A stretch of 64,000 bases of DNA, the filler included, from Dirinaria sp. TL-2023a (taxonomy: Eukaryota): NCBI GenBank assembly GCA_051941275.1. It is 16 parts of 16 records of this genome, joined end to end, with 100 filler letters (N's around TTAATTAATTAA, not from the genome) between each part and the next. Parts side by side here need not be neighbours in the genome. Positions count along the whole stretch, not along the records: positions 36,530 to 40,447 come from JAVEBF010001936.1; positions 40,548 to 44,462 come from JAVEBF010001937.1; positions 44,563 to 48,474 come from JAVEBF010001938.1; positions 48,575 to 52,486 come from JAVEBF010001939.1; 12 more parts are not named here. One strand, given 5' to 3'. Both the position numbers and the translations under genes were made by a program. Shown piece by piece: positions 37,422 through 51,127 of the stretch. The stretch's first letter is position 1; every line of letters begins with the position of its first letter. A model generated the notes under the pieces. The model saw only the letters and a list, made by a program, of their open reading frames with translations. It made no database searches and had not been told where the DNA came from.

Positions 37422-38306
37422 TATGTATTAATCAGCATGCGAGTGAAACAGCTGTGACTAACATGATTGGCTCGCGCATTCGACAGACCGTAGCGTTACT
37501 AAGATACCTTAGAAGCGCTGCAAATAACCGTAGGTCCCCTACTAGATGAACCGGATGCCATCTATAAGCTGTAATTGCTCTCGAACGAAGTACTACTACT
37601 GTATGAGTTCCTCCAAATGTTGTTGAAATCAGCCCGACCCTAGGCCGATAAGGACCCGGTATGCGGGTCAAGCGCCACATGCGTTGCGCCCAGGTGAATA
37701 AGGTACCTTATGTAAGGTATCCATTCAGCTTTTTTTCCTAAATGCGATTTTAGTATGCTGCCTACACGCCTGCTTCATAAAATATAGACCTCAGATTCCA
37801 TGGAATAAGAACTTTGTTACTCCCAAGCATCCATAAGGATCCGCGTCAGACAAATCGAAAAGGGTAAGGTTAAACGAGAGCGCCTCACCAGATTCTCTCT
37901 ACTTCATGTTCTTCACTTTGGAAAGTGGTTGCAGGGAAACCCTTTTTGTTATGCCATGCGCTGGCACAAAATCCCTTGACGGAAGTATCACAGTATTGGC
38001 TGATGTTCCTTATCGCTTCTTAAACGCTCTGGCTGGGGTCAAAACGAGCGGAACCAATTGTCGAATTCATGGTGGCTGTCGAAAAACGGAATTATTTATT
38101 GTCACCTCACTGATTCATGTTTAGCATGAGTTGACAATGTGCATGTAAACTAGCACCCCTACCAGAACATGGGGTAGACTTGGGTCATGAAAGGCCGAGA
38201 GAATATTGCTGCCTGGTCACCTAAGGTAACAGCATTCCATTAATAACGAAAGATAATCCCACGCTGCCTTTGAACACCCAAATATTCTTCTCTTTTTTGC
38301 TTCATA

Positions 38307-39211
38307 ATGGCAATAACGATAGATTTCTGCTCCGCTCAGGACTTCCATCGCGTATTCTCCCTCGCTTCAGACGCCTTCGGCTACGACACAGCATATCACA
38401 ACGCACTTTACCCTAACCACTACAGCGACGCAGGACGTCTAGCCGGCGCAGAACGCTTCCGCCACATCAGCAATACCGATTTCAAAAACCGGTTCACGAA
38501 AGCGACGGATACAGCCACTGGGGAAATCATTGGGTTCGCGAGATGGATTATCTTTGCCAGCGGGGAGAGGGAGCCGGAGCTCAGCGGTGATTTTTGGGAG
38601 ACGCAAGACGAGAAAAATTATGCGGCGTGCTTGTACGAGGGGTTTCTGAGGCCGAGGAGGGAGACTGTGGATGCTGTACGCGGACTGGTTGTTTGTATGT
38701 AACTTTTCCCACTTCCTGTTCCCTCCCTCTCTTTTTTTTCCCTCTTTTCATTTTGATTTTCCTTGTGTGTTTTCTCTCGCCGTTTCTTCTTTTTTCCTTT
38801 CTTTTTTTTCCAAAGAGGTTTTTGGGTTTGGGAGATATACATAGGAAGTCCGCATAAAATCAAAGCTGACCCCTGGTCAATGGGGATACAGCGCTAGATA
38901 TTCTAGCTGTGGATCCCAAGCACCAACGACGTGGTGGGGGCACGAAGCTCATGGAGTGGGGTGTAAAATTGGCGGACGAAGTGGGAGCAGAGGTAACCAT
39001 GTCATCTGGCGATTAGTACATCTAACGACTGACAGACGGACCATGTCAGATGTGTGTGGAGGCGTCCCCAGCTGGCAAGCAGCTTTACGAGCGGCACGGG
39101 TTTCGCGTTACGGAGAAGGTGGTGCTTATGGTACCGCAGAAGTGGGCAGACAGACCAGTAGTCGAGTATGTGTTCATGCGACGCCCTATGACTACGGCTG
39201 TCTTACAGTAG
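38307..39211 (+). CDS. GNAT-family N-acetyltransferase (3 exons)
   Basis: KATDTATGEIIGFARW, LDILAVDPKHQRRGGGTKLMEWG (acetyl-CoA motif), VEASPAGKQLYERHGF. Confidence 0.92.
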
Positions 39212-40960
39212 GTGATTTAATGTGACGATTTGCGCTTCTTGAAAAGACTCAGTCAATCATTTGATGCCGTAGTAAGATGTATGACACGGCTCCGGTCATC
39301 CTCCGAGGCGCGCTGCAACCTGACTTTCCAAATTGCTGACGATGTGACGTGGAACGGTGGAGCTCTCGAGCCCCCAATATGATAACTTTGAAAAATCCCG
39401 CACACAACCGCTATGATAGTCTTAGCGCTGTTAGCCCCGATTGAAGTCGTAAAGTACCGGAAGGTAAAGATAGAGGGATTGAGCTAACTACATTTTCTAC
39501 AGATGATCTGTCGGGTTGGAAACAGATTCGCAGAACCTCAACCACAAAGTCTACTCTACAGGACCTTAGTCCCGATGCTGCTAGCGCCGTTTCATGGGAA
39601 CTCGTAAAGATAGATATGTACCTTAGCAAGGGAAGGTGCCTACCTAAGGTATCTCACAGGAGCCTTACTCGTAGTGACGTTCAGGTAGAACAGAAAAAAG
39701 GGGGAGAAAGCTAACCCTTTTCGGGTATCACAAGGTGTTCTGTCGGGTTGTAAACATGCAACGGGTAGTTTTCTGAGGTAAAAACGTAGTCCGGATGCTA
39801 CTAGCGCCTCTTGAAATCACAAAGATGGAGAGTGCTTTGCAGGTGGATCCTCGAGGACGGAGGAATCAAAGTCCGGCGGAGATTTCTCCACCTCATCGCA
39901 CATATTTCCGTTCCTTTTACTGTACCGTAAGGTATGTCTCCTACAGAATTCTCCAATAACATGACTGATTACCTAGGTAGCCAGGGCAGCATCCACGTAT
40001 AAAGTACGAATCTACCTTTCCTCACTGTTCGATCGCTGCAGAATGAATTACGCAGCGATGAAGAAGAATCTTGACGACAGGCTCTACGAGTACTGGTAAA
40101 GGCGATTGATGTCCTGGCATGACATGACATTCGGCTGTCCTTGGCCATTGGCAGGTTACATACATTACGCCGACCCCGAGCCCCAAATAGAATCGAGTTC
40201 TTGGTGGCACCTTGATAGAGAGCGTGCTCCCCAATCAGCAAGTCTCCCTTCCTCTACCTCAAGTAAGAGTGGAGTCTGTGGAGAAAGATCGGAACATGCT
40301 GGATGCCGTTCCCTTATGTTTTCTTTGTGCATCTGCCATCATGAAGTAATCTGCGGATACATTGGTTCAAGGTCCTCTACCTCAAGCTCCACATGGCCCG
40401 GGCAGTGACCCTGTTTCATCCTGTTGCAGAGTTCTTAAAGTCCAACANNNNNNNNNNNNNNNNNNNNNNNNNNNNNNNNNNNNNNNNNNNNTTAATTAAT
40501 TAANNNNNNNNNNNNNNNNNNNNNNNNNNNNNNNNNNNNNNNNNNNNCTATAAATAGTCTTCGAATAATAGTGAGAAATTATTAACCAGCTGGATTGACT
40601 GAAAACTGCTTGGAAATTTATATCTTGCTATTGTCGCTCATGAATAGAAATCTGTCTGTGGATATAATCCAGATACATAAGGCATAAGTAAGGAACTCTA
40701 TCTGCCAGATGACCTTACTGACTGGCAGATGATGATGTTGGTAAGTAAAACGAAAAGCTAAGAAAAAGGAAATGGTACTGCAAATTGTGACTAACGTGAA
40801 AAACACAGCAGAATGGTTCTGGTATGCCGCTGAAACTGATGTAAAACATACCGAGATCGGAGTCTTGCTAGGACAAATGAACGGGGCACTTGCACTGAAT
40901 GTTCGCCTGCTTCCACTGTCTGAATTGAAAAGCACTATGAGCTATGCTATAACCACATGT

Positions 40961-42115
40961 CTAATGAGTCTGCTTGAATGTTGTCCATTGCTCCAGTAAA
41001 GCGTCGGCAACGCTCCGAGGAACTGGCGAGAAGTGGGTTTGGCCTATTTGAAAATGCTGAGGGTATTCCTGGTGACAGCATTGCACGACAGGGCTTTCCA
41101 AGTCGTTTGCCATGTCGAAATGACCGAGTGAAGACGGTGTGAACCGTGTGTAGATCTGTGGGTCAATCTCATCTCTGACGACCTCCCAAGCCTTTCCAGT
41201 CCACATAGCAGAAAGCTCAAGAGGCCCATATCGATCTTTCAGACAGGCTGTCTCGCGCTTATGCGTGTTGACAATTTCGTATCGGATTCTGATTCGCATC
41301 TCTTGCTCAATTCGATAGACGGGACAATCGACTTCTTCTAGAAGTTTGTTGATCAAAGCGCAATAGTGCAGTAGATGAAGCGTCGAATGGTCCGGCATTG
41401 AATTGGATTCTTGCGGTGAATGGGGCGCATCAGAAGCCTCTGCTACGCCAGCAGTTTCGTGGCTCAATGAGCTAGACTCAGAAGCCAGGGCAAGAGGTTC
41501 GAATGTCTTTGTATATTCGTCCTTTAAGCGAGCTAGATCTTCAACGAGGTCACGCTGTCTTTCTATTTCTGGGTTTGGAAGCGACCTGTGGTCTCGTCAA
41601 TGATCTGATCCATTGGGTACGTAGACTCTTAGCGCGTTAAGTCATCACTGCACTTACTGTTCGAGGCGCAGTCTTGCGTAAATGATCACGTTCAGCATCA
41701 GCAGCAAAGTAGACTTCAACCTGTCGAGATTGCTTCTCAAGAGTTCGATCCGGGGCTGTAAAAACGGCCACTTAAACTTCTCTTTCACAGTCGAGGTCCA
41801 TTTTCCAGCGCCCATTTTTGTAATACTCCTTTCCAATACTTTGTCCAGCTCAGTGAAGACCTGCAAGCATTCTTGGACGATCTGCTCGGCAGTCTGGATG
41901 GCGTTCTCAGAGCATATAGGAGATTCCTGATCCTTTCTCAACTGGCTTCCAAGCTCCTGAAGAACAGACGAGGTGAGGGAGACGTCTTTTGATATTGTGG
42001 TGGCCGCTTTGTCGGCGCCGGCGACAGTCTCGCCGTAGGTGTAGAGTCTGAGACTGAGGCGGAGGCCAGTATCTGCTATTTGTATTATAGACGTGACAAT
42101 TCCGAGCTCTGCCAT
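40961..42115 (-). CDS. Fungal HeLo-like / STAND N-terminal domain protein without NTPase domain (2 exons)
   Basis: MAELGIVTSIIQIADTGLRLS..KDVSLTSSVLQELG..KFKWPFLQPRIELLRSNLDRLKSTLLLML. Intron at about 41586-41657; C-terminus ADALLEQWTT. Confidence 0.8.
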
Positions 42116-42899
42116 GATCTTTTATTCGACGCTCGTCAAGTGCCAGACCATTACGCTGGCCTGGAAGCATATTTGTTGGTTCAATCTTGGAGCAGATAAG
42201 TCATTGCAAGAGGTGGTGATGGGATTAGGACGAGGCTGAAGTCTGCCTTGTTTGAGAGACATATCCCATTGTTACACAGCCGATGAGGCAAACTCCTAAT
42301 TATATCGTTTTAGTCGCACAAATATAAATTCGAAACATAGCTACGCTAGATCATTCGCGTAAATAATTCGTCTCCTGTCAAGCATAATGCCGGCGTCAGG
42401 ACGTAGATATGCTTAAAAGGTGACGAATCAGACCAACCGTAAACTATCGCTTTGCAGAGTCGCTCCGTCCTGGTCAAATGCTCCTAATCCATAAAGTATC
42501 CTCGATAAGCTGCAGTCTCATTGCAATGCCAAATATGACGCCTTCTCAGCTTGGAATTCAAGTGAGGCGGAGCCGTAGTTAGGATTACAGTCGCGATCCG
42601 CGCTTTGGCCGAATTCCAAATGAATTGAGGAAGAGAGTAAAGATTCTGGTTTTAAGCTCAATCTCCTTCATCTTGTATGAAAGATTGGAATTTTCACATG
42701 ATGTTCCAGGCACGTGATGAGAAGCGAGGATTAGGGCTAAACTAGTGGATTGTGCTTCTGGTTAGGTGCCTCTGGGTACCTTACATAATATAACTTCGGA
42801 CGAAAGATGAAATCCAGCTCTGTGATTACATGTATATACCTCTCTTACGAATGAACACTTGTAGAGAGCAAAATATACCAATCTGGCACACGGTTTGAG

Positions 42900-44089
42900 T
42901 TATGAAGCAGCGTTCTCAACTACACCAACCATGAATGCGCCGCCTAGTCTGTTTTCAGCATTAATTAGCGTTACGATCAGAAGGCAAAGGGGCGGAACAG
43001 ATAGAAGAGGTAGGGACACGAGATGGAAACTTACAATATCGCTGGCTCCTCGATGTTGTGATGTTCGTAGCTCAGTGTACCAACACCGCCCGCTGTGAAA
43101 TTACCTCAGTACACAACTTGTGTCTTTCAACATTCGATGTCTAAGTAAGGGGAAGAGGATATTTCCATTTCGTCCTGCTTAGCTTTCTTGCTTGCGTATT
43201 CGGACCGCTTTCGCTTTGATCGGAGGGATAAATATGAGAAGAAAGGGGATCCGAGACATACCTTCCAGTAACAAACTCACTCCATCCGTCAACTTGCGCC
43301 CAATCCACCTCATAGCAAACGCCCGCAGGATATGCCCATGCGCCACAAGTAGCACATCCCCACACTGCCCTTCTCCCTCTGCCTTCTCGCCCCCGTCACC
43401 GCCACTCATAACTGGCTTATGAAACCTCCGCCTAATATCCTCAATCAGCCGATCCAACCTCCTCATGACATCTTGCGGACTCTCTCCTCCCGGGCATCCA
43501 TCGTGCCAAATATCCCAGCCCCCAAACCCTTTCTCGGCACGTTCGGCACGGATCTGTGCGCTCGTCAAGCCTTCGTAATGCCCGTAGTCCCATTCTCGGA
43601 TATTCTCCGAGATCTGCACTTTTGCATTGGTTTTGGGATTGATTCCATCTGTCGTGGAGGCGGATGCCGTGGAGGGTAGCCAGGGCAATCGGTCACGGCA
43701 GCCGAGGTCAAGTAGCTCGAGGGTTCGGCGGGCGCGTGTGCGTGGAGAGACATAGCTATTCTCATCGTGCTTGCATCAGCTACCCTTCTTCTCGCCCACC
43801 CTTGCCGGTTACCTCGATCAGCGCCCCAACATCCCTCGCAAACCAGAAGAGAAAAGAGGGAAGTTTGCAAACGAGTTGAAGACGAAACAAAAGATAGTTT
43901 TGCATACACGTGAGCAAGGTGCGCGGGTACAATGAGCCGATCATCGCCGACCAGCGCCTTGCCCGTGGCGCGGATTCTCCGCTCCCCGTTTTCTGTAAGC
44001 GGGATGTCGGTGGTGCCGGTGTGGCGCCCATTGAGGGACCATTCGGTCTCACCGTGGCGGATAATGAAGACCCGAGGGGTTGATGGCAT
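42900..44089 (-). CDS. Histidine phosphatase / phosphoglycerate mutase family, sedoheptulose-1,7-bisphosphatase (SHB17)-like
   Basis: RHGETEWSLNGRHTG, YVSPR.RA, EWDYGHYEG, CPGGES, VAHGHILR, LSYEHH. Confidence 0.92.
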
Positions 44090-44582
44090 GGTTGATCTGT
44101 ATAAGAAGACGGATGTAGAGAATGAGGAAAGGGGGAGAGGAAATCATGAAATCTCCAAGGGTGGGGGGCTGGGGATCGATGAGAAAGGTGGACAGATGGA
44201 TGACGGAAGGAGATGAGAAGAACCAGATTGGAGACACAGACGCTATACTGATGCCGAAGAAGAAAAAGGGCTGCAAGACAATTATCTATCACTTCCTTTT
44301 TATCACACTTAACCTTGACCCCTCCCCCACCATCACAAATCCTCAGCCTTATATTCGGCTTTCCGGCCCTCAATTACCGGCTACTTCAGAAATACTTTCA
44401 TCTTCACCTCTTCCCTCCACAACAAAAGACCTCCTTCCTCCCTCCTTCCCATTCGTCAATGCNNNNNNNNNNNNNNNNNNNNNNNNNNNNNNNNNNNNNN
44501 NNNNNNTTAATTAATTAANNNNNNNNNNNNNNNNNNNNNNNNNNNNNNNNNNNNNNNNNNNNGAGTGCAAACCCCGTCCCCC

Positions 44583-47500
44583 TCAAATGCCCTGCACCTT
44601 GCGATAAGCAGGCGGCCGCAGCGTCCTCCGCAACAACTTCGCGCCATACACGGGGCCCAAACTGATGGCGCAAACGACCAGCACCCGCCACACAAAGCCC
44701 CAGCTCCAGACATAGTGCAAATCAAAGTAGCCGCCCAGGAAGGGGACGGAACCCACATACACGGCGGCGGTGGCGAGGATGCTGGCGGCCATGATCCAGT
44801 GCCAGGTGACGATCTCGCAGGCGACCATGATGAGCTCGTTGAAGACGAGCACGGTGAAAGAGAGGGCGACCATGCGCGGGGAATCGACGGCGCCGGCCAG
44901 GATCTGGGATAAGGCCTGGATGACGACGCCCTGATACAGGGAAATCAGGACCCAGATGCAGAAGGTGCGGTAGCTGAGTGATGTCCCCGGTGTTAATTCT
45001 TTGTAGAGTTCTGGGTAGAGGTTGGCGAGGGCTTCGTCGACGTCCTTGTCCAGCACGAGGCTGAACACGGGCGCCATGGTGTAGACCGTGGCGTAGCCGA
45101 CGAGCAGCCAGTCGCGGTACAGCGCGTGCGGCTCGAAGCGCGTCGCGATGCTGTACATGGTCTGGCACACGCTGATCACGAGGCCGCGGTGCATGACGAA
45201 CTGCGCCAGCTTCGCGGACCGCTTGTAGCTGTTCCGGCCGTGCCACACGAGCAGTTTCGTCAGGTGGTGGAAGGCGGTGATGCTGAAATCCGCGGCGAGC
45301 GAGGCCTGGCGCCCTTCCTTCCCCACGATGCCGACGCCGATGTCGGCCGCTTGGATCATGGAGACATCGTTGCCGCCGTCGCCGATGCAGGCCACGCGTT
45401 TCTTGGTGAAGGCCCGGATTAGCGTTGCGATGTCCGCTTTTTGCGTCGGCGAGCACCGGCATGCGATCACGGCAGGGAGCTGGACGGCGGTGGAGATGAA
45501 GGCGTCGCGGTGGTGAGTCAGGAAGTGCGTGAGGGAGTTGCCGTCGATGAGGAGAGCGGTCGACGAGGCTTTGGAGCTTAGGAGCGAGAGCGCGTCGAGG
45601 GCTGCGTTCGGATTGCGCTCCGAGGCGAGGTTGGTGATGGTGTGGATGTATTGCGTTCGGGAGACGAGTTTGGCGGACACGGCGACGCAGCGCGCCGTTT
45701 CCACTTTGTCGCCTGTCAGCATCCAGATCTTGATGCCGGCGTTGCGGAGGAGTTCGAGAGATGGCTTGACGTCTTTTTGTAGTTTGTCTTCCACCCCAGT
45801 GACGCCGAGCAGTTCGAGGTTGCGCTCTAGGTGCTGTTTGACCACACGAGCCATGTTCGCATCTCGCTGATTCAATGACATCGAGGCTTGCTTGTAGCGG
45901 GCCGAAAAGTCGCGATATTGGTCCGAGGACAATTTTCTCCTGCCCACGACCAGCGTCCGCAGCCCTTCTCGAGCCATGTTTGCAGTCTCCTCGTCAAGCC
46001 AATCGTTGGCGGCCACAATGGAGCTCATTACTGTGTCTGCTCCTTTCTGATAGAACCAGATCTCCCCCGCTTCGTCTGTAGCCGAAGCGTTCGAGTCTTC
46101 TCCATGCATGAAACGCAGTATAATACCCATGCGCTTCCCTTCCGAAGTAAAAGGGAAGACGTCAAGTATACGCACTCGGACGACCGCACGAGAGGTATCG
46201 ACGGATTGCAGCGTTATGGTGTGTCTGTCTCTATGCAAGAGTCGGAGGCCTACACTTTCGGTCCATTTCACGATGGCTATTTCGTCAGGGGACGACGCTT
46301 GATAGGTAGTGAAGCTAAGCCCCTCTTCTTCCTCTGTAGTGGGGGTGACGTTGTGGCATAGAGCGAGCGCCAGCACGAGATCCCTTACACGGGAACCAAT
46401 TTCCCGTCTGCTCCTTGTCGTTGAAGCCGCTGCTACGGAGGTGGTGTTTACGGAGGACGAGGGATTCAAGAGCGGAGCGGGTTCAGTAGCGTCCGGAGAT
46501 CCGATGGAAAAGCCTTGCTTGATGTATGAAGTGACCTCCTCCATGGCCTCATTGGCGTATGAAACGGTCCCAACGTGAATCTTCTTCAATTCCATTTCTA
46601 CCGAGTGTTAATCAATGGGTTATCAGAACGAAGGTTTTCTACACACCATTTTGGGTCAAAGTACCAGTCTTGTCACTCAGAAGATATTCTATGCGGCCGA
46701 GCTCTTCTGGTATGGTACTTGTCCTGACAACCGTATCTGGAATGTCTTGATCACGCTCGATGAACCACGCATAGACCGTTTTGCCCATATCCAAATTAAC
46801 GCGGAGACTGATTGGGATGATGGTGGAAAACAGGATCAGGAACCGAGTAATGGCGACATACCATTTCTGGTCTTCATGGCTTTCGAAGCCTTCAAGCGCT
46901 ACAAGGACAACCGAAAGAGTGAGAGTGAGCGCGCATAGTATTTTCGTCAAATTGTTAATCTCATATTCAAGAATCCCTGTCTTGGATCGAGAAGGGGACG
47001 TAGACATCGCCTGTCGAGTTTGTGCTCCTGTATATACCACGACGGCCAATACTGTCGCATTGGATGCCAGCACAGTGTTAGCCCAGGCGGTATTATCGAT
47101 AGTCAACGGCGCGGTGATCGTGGGGCTATCCCCTTGAGTTCCGGTGTGCGCGATGCCCTGTAGGTTAGACCGGCTGCTGGGACTTGGTGTATACTCAATG
47201 GTCCCGACAAATTCGTTTACCTTTTTCTCGGGTTTACCGGCCACAATTCGAAGGCGAGTAAAGTTACGTGGATCGAGTGACTGGGTAAGTGGTGAGGCTA
47301 ACCGGAGCTTCCAATCCGTTTCACCGTCGAGCTGGTCGGTGCGGATGAAGGCCTCACCACCGTCGGCTGCGCCGCCCTGCAACGAAGTGTCGGCAGTGTC
47401 TGAAGGCAGTTGTCGGGGGGTTGACGAAGAATTATTGACTTGCGAGCTATCGGCATCGTGATCGAACAGATACTCGCCACCCTCTGGTGCCTTACTTAAA

Positions 47501-48474
47501 GACGATCGAACCAGATCAGCGCCTGCCATTCTTTCCGCAGTACAGCACTTTAGAAGGACTAAGTCCGCAGGCACCCTCTGGTCTTTTCCTAGACGTAGGA
47601 CGTCACCGACCTTTAGATCCCGTGACTTGATCGTAATTTCGTCCATTTGAATGTTGGGGTTGTACTCCGTCTGACCAACGCTGTCCTCCTCTTCCGCGAT
47701 ATCGTCAAGACGGCTTGCTCCTCGGGATAAGGCGCGTCTGCGAGTCCTCTTTGGTCCCTTGTCTCTCTGACTCTTCTTTTTGGCACGCGTCTGCGAAATG
47801 TCACGTAAGCGCAGAACGGTATAGCTCTCCTTGTTTGCTTCGTTGTCCCTCCTGCGCCGCGCTATGTCGTCTAATGCTTCCTTCCCCAAAGTAATGGCCA
47901 GAACGAACGCTAGAGGTGCAACATAAGTAGACAAATAACCAATACGCAAAGGGGGTATAATTTGAGACAATGCAACAAGAAGGAAATACATATTAAAAAA
48001 GAAAGAAAATTCGTTGTACAACGTTCGTGGCAGAAAACTCCATGGAGTATATTTGGCGTTTGAGATAGCATTCGGTGGAAATCTAGGAGGCGGATATTGC
48101 CCTATAGCAATGTTGCGCGAGGTCGATTGATTTTGAGCTTTGGAAGTGCTCGGACTGTTTTGGTCTCCCTCAGTTAGATCAGGATCGTGGCCCAATAAAG
48201 GTGCTTCGTCTTCACCACCTGCCACTGGGCCCATGTGTTGGGAATCATCTTCGAGGAGGCCTTGGAGATCTTCTTCGTCACTTCGCGATGTGTATCCGTA
48301 GCTAGTTGCGCCTTCGTTGACGCCACGCCGCCTACCCCGTCCAGGTCTCAAGTTCTTGAGAGCAATGTGTCGCCTGCCTTGCCCATCCCGCCCCAGCTTC
48401 TTGCCACTACCGGAAGGCTTACCACTTGCGGTAGCTGGGTCCAGCTCATGCAGATCGAGCTCGATGTCAGAGTC
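44583..48474 (-). CDS. NEO1: P4-type ATPase phospholipid flippase, Neo1/ATP9 type (5' end cut)
   Basis: TDQLDGETDWKLR, IPISLRVNLD, DKTGTLT, ASSPDE, MLTGDK, IGDGGNDVSMIQ. Short intron near 46600-46643. Confidence 0.95.
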
Positions 48475-48665
48475 NNNNNNNNNNNNNNNNNNNNNNNNNN
48501 NNNNNNNNNNNNNNNNNNTTAATTAATTAANNNNNNNNNNNNNNNNNNNNNNNNNNNNNNNNNNNNNNNNNNNNCTTCCCCCGTAACCAGCTCTCTCCCG
48601 CCTTTTCCTCGTGTTTGTCCCTTTCTTCCTCTCAAGCACATACAGGCCGAGCCCTACGCCTACGT

Positions 48666-51127
48666 CTACGCCGACTTCTTATCCCCAAACTTCTGCTTCA
48701 GCTTCCCAAAAAACCCGCTCCCCCGCTTCTTCGCCTTGTCCGCCTTGTCATGCTCTTTGCTCGTCGCGTCCCTCGCGCTCGACGCTGTGGCAGCGGCGGC
48801 GTCCGGCTTCGAGCTCGTCGCTTTTTTCGATTTTGTGGGTGCTGCGCCGGTGCTGATGCCAGATGTGACCATTGGCTGCGTTTGTGCTGCCGTCCCATCT
48901 GGTCGCGTCATAGGTGAGATGTCTCTGGACTCGGCATCTCGCTTCTTGGCGTTCTCGGCGGCGGGGGTCACGGCGGGTACGTCGGCTGACGTAGGTGCTG
49001 CGGGCTCGGAAGCGGCGGCGACGGTATCGGTTGGAATGGAGCGAGGGTCGGTGGGCGCTTTCGCAGCAGGCTTGTTGGTGGAGGATGCTGGAGTGGAAGT
49101 GTCTGGCTGGACGGAGCTGGCTGTTGGAGCTGGAGCGGAGTCAACGAGCGCCGCGCTGGTCGCTGGTGCAGGCTCCCCTGTTGACTGGTCGGGCTTGGTG
49201 CCCTTGAGAAGCTCGGCTTCGACATTGCGCTTTTCTTGCACCATGCCCTTGTCTCCGGCTGCTTCGGGTGACTGGTGAGACTCGCTGATCGACTCTTGAA
49301 CGACGTCCGGAACAGTGGGGGCAATGGCAGTTCCTTTATTCATATCGTCGATGGACTGTTGGACTGATGGAGGGACACCGCGTGACGGTAAGGAGGATGT
49401 TGCCGCACCTGCACCACCTGTGCTTTCAGAAGTGGGAGGACTCTGCGTCTCGTTTCCTCGGCTATCTTCGACGACTTCCGGTACCCCTCTTGGTTCCTTC
49501 GGAACGCTAGCTGCTAGCGCAGCTGTCGTCGTGCCTGCACCAGCAGACTGTATTGTGAAACCCGTATCCTTCTCATTTGATGCGGTGCCGCCCATTGGCA
49601 GACTGGATTCTGGGATCATGTTTTTCGAGATCTCTGGGAGATTGAACATGCCGCCTTCAGCTCCTCGCTCATTAGGTGGAGTGACTACATTTGGTAGTTG
49701 AGGCGCGCCTTGACCTTTCTCATATGATTCGGGATCTGTTCGGACAGTCGATTGTATAGTGTTACTTGTGAAGGTACTGGGATCTGGTACTTTCTCGCCC
49801 GGCTGTAAATGGATAGGGTTTCCTATTCCGGACGTGGCTGGCAGAGGGGCCACTCCAAATGTCTTTTCGGGATCTTCTGCGCTTTTTGAAAGAGTGCTGT
49901 CGTCCTGGACCGTCGAGTTGATCGTATTACTCGTCAAGGTACTAGGGTCTGGTACCTTCTCGCCAGGCTGCAGGTGGATCGGGTTCCCTATTCCGGATGT
50001 GGCTGGCAGAGGGGCTACCCCAAATGTCTTTTCGGAATCATCTGCGCTCTTGGAAAGAGCGGTGTCATTCCGTACCGTCGAGTTGATTGTATTATCTGTC
50101 AAGGTACTGGGATCTGGTACCTTCTCCCCTGGTCGTAGATTTACCGGGTTGCCAATGCCAGAGGTTGCAGGTATAGGGTTGACGCCAAACTCCGAAGGTT
50201 CGTTTGGCCCTGGCGTTTCGGGAAAAGTGCCAGGTAAATCCGTAGATCCAGTGTTGGGGGCGTCTCGATCTCTTTGCGATTCTTTTGGCACTTGGCCTGC
50301 CAACTGCGCTGTTGTAGACTTGGGGGTGACTCCTGACATTGTGTACGAGGGTTGCTCTGAAGAGGGTTTATCTGAAGAAGGCTGAGATTTCGACAGTTGA
50401 TCGGGTGTGAGGACGTTGTTGACGTTATTCGCTCCGTCTTTCTCTTGAGGGGCAGTAGGATCGGTGGTCCAGTTCGTGTCCACAACAAACTATGAGATGG
50501 AAGTCGTCAGAATAGATTCAGAGGTCATAGAGCAAAGAGTGGCGAGGTGCATAAACAGCAGTAGCCCCACGAATCTAAGTAGGTGTGGCAGGTGCAAGGC
50601 TCCAGCATAAGGTAGCTTAGCCGCAGGCTCGGTAGGGTCCCACCGAGCTTCAACACCGAGAACACCCACGCACCCCTGATAAGCGCAACCACATCCAATG
50701 AAATTAGGTGCTCGGAGAAGAGCTCAACTGAAAGCGGCCTTCTTTGAATGGTGCAGACTGCACGGTCACACAACCAAGACAAATTTTGCTGCTACGTGCT
50801 CACGATTGAGACACCATTGCGCACCTTATAATATATTTTGTCCTCCGTCAGGGGCAGATCCAGCTTCTTCTCAAAGCTGTCGCCCTTCTGTTCCAGCTTC
50901 ACACTCTTTGCCCAATCATCGAACGTTCCTGTGACATAAACTTCACTCGCCGGTTGGTTCCTACGAATGGGAAAGTCAGCGCATACGCGGAAAAATATGC
51001 TCAGTGATGAATTATGCTGCACTGCCCCAATGGCGACAACGCTGGGTGTTGCTTGGTCTGTGAATCGCTTCTGCGTTCTGGGGAGGACGACATACCATTT
51101 GAACACGAAGCTGCCCGTTGTGCCCAT
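48666..51127 (-). CDS. Crp1/Mdg1-like protein with AMPK-type glycogen-binding (CBM48) domain
   Basis: SFVFKW|..SEVYVTGTFDDW..KIYYK|FVVDTNWTTD across two introns; STTAQLAGQVP; C-terminal FFGKLKQKF. Confidence 0.9.
49737..50192 (-). repeat. 165-bp (55-aa) coding tandem repeat, about 2.8 copies
   Basis: aaggtact at 49771, 49936 and 50101; peptide FGV.P.PATSGIGNP..L.PGEKVPDPST repeated three times. Confidence 0.92.

Noticed and set aside
39969..40447. Short coding-like ORFs at contig end
   Set aside because: Stops in all frames and no family recognised.
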